Source of the DNA: Narcine bancroftii
Lineage: Eukaryota
Length of the DNA stretch: 64,000 nucleotides
NCBI RefSeq assembly: GCF_036971445.1
Contig: NC_091471.1
Coordinates: 261,082,001 to 261,146,000, forward strand
Reading direction: 5' to 3'
Shown: positions 63,700 through 64,000 of the stretch, in pieces
Layout: every line of letters starts with the position of its first letter
How positions within the stretch are numbered: position 1 is the first letter of the stretch
Position numbers and translations under genes: made by a program
Notes under the pieces: model-generated
Databases searched by the model: none
What the model saw: only the letters and a program-made list of their open reading frames with translations
Told to the model about the DNA's origin: nothing

Positions 63700-64000
63700 G
63701 TGAGTAACACTCAGCTCGCATTCGTGCTTGGGTGATACCTTGATGGGGGGGGGGGGTGCTTCAAGCCAAAACGTTGCTTATGTATCTTTATCTTAGTTAT
63801 ATAAAGAATCAGAATCATGATTTATTGTCGTGAACAAGTCATGAACTTTGCTCTTTCGCGGCAGCATCACAGAGCAAACGTTCATATTATAACCATCTTA
63901 CAACATTACTTTAAAAAATAAACCAATAATCGTGCAGGAAAAGTAAGGCAGTGTCTTTGGTTCATTGATTATTCAGGAATCTGATGGCAGCGGAACACTG

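Noticed and set aside
1-64000. CRISPR array, prokaryotic operon, functional tRNA or rRNA genes
   Set aside because: Eukaryotic intron-exon DNA; no repeat-spacer arrays; tRNA- and 5S-like pieces are degenerate SINE heads

Overview
Vertebrate genomic DNA, most likely from a cartilaginous fish (ray/shark, inferred from the repeat families). It holds three spliced genes. SUGP2 (minus strand, 5' part, runs off the left edge) and SUGP1 (plus strand, complete, 14 exons, about 652 aa, ending NNPRRPYY*) sit head-to-head on a ~300-bp bidirectional promoter. TM6SF2 (plus strand, 5' exons) follows, as it does after human SUGP1. Introns and intergenic DNA are rich in RTE, CR1, L1-like, Rex1/Babar and Penelope retroelements, SINEs (one 5S-derived), Chapaev fragments and Tigger-like MITEs. 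Main observations: (1) both SURP exons of SUGP1 are preceded by a 70-nt intronic cassette with 68/70 identity that looks like a poison micro-exon or alternative 3' splice-site switch, a candidate autoregulatory sensor of SUGP1 activity; (2) a 309-bp near-perfect inverted repeat brackets the shared promoter and both predicted 22-nt phase-1 first coding exons; (3) the large SUGP2 exon carries a DIRS-retrotransposon ORF1/gag-like domain and an array of GLLGxAP (PTB-binding PRI-type) motifs. Gene identities rest on recalled orthologue sequences and manual splice-phase checks; no database search was run.
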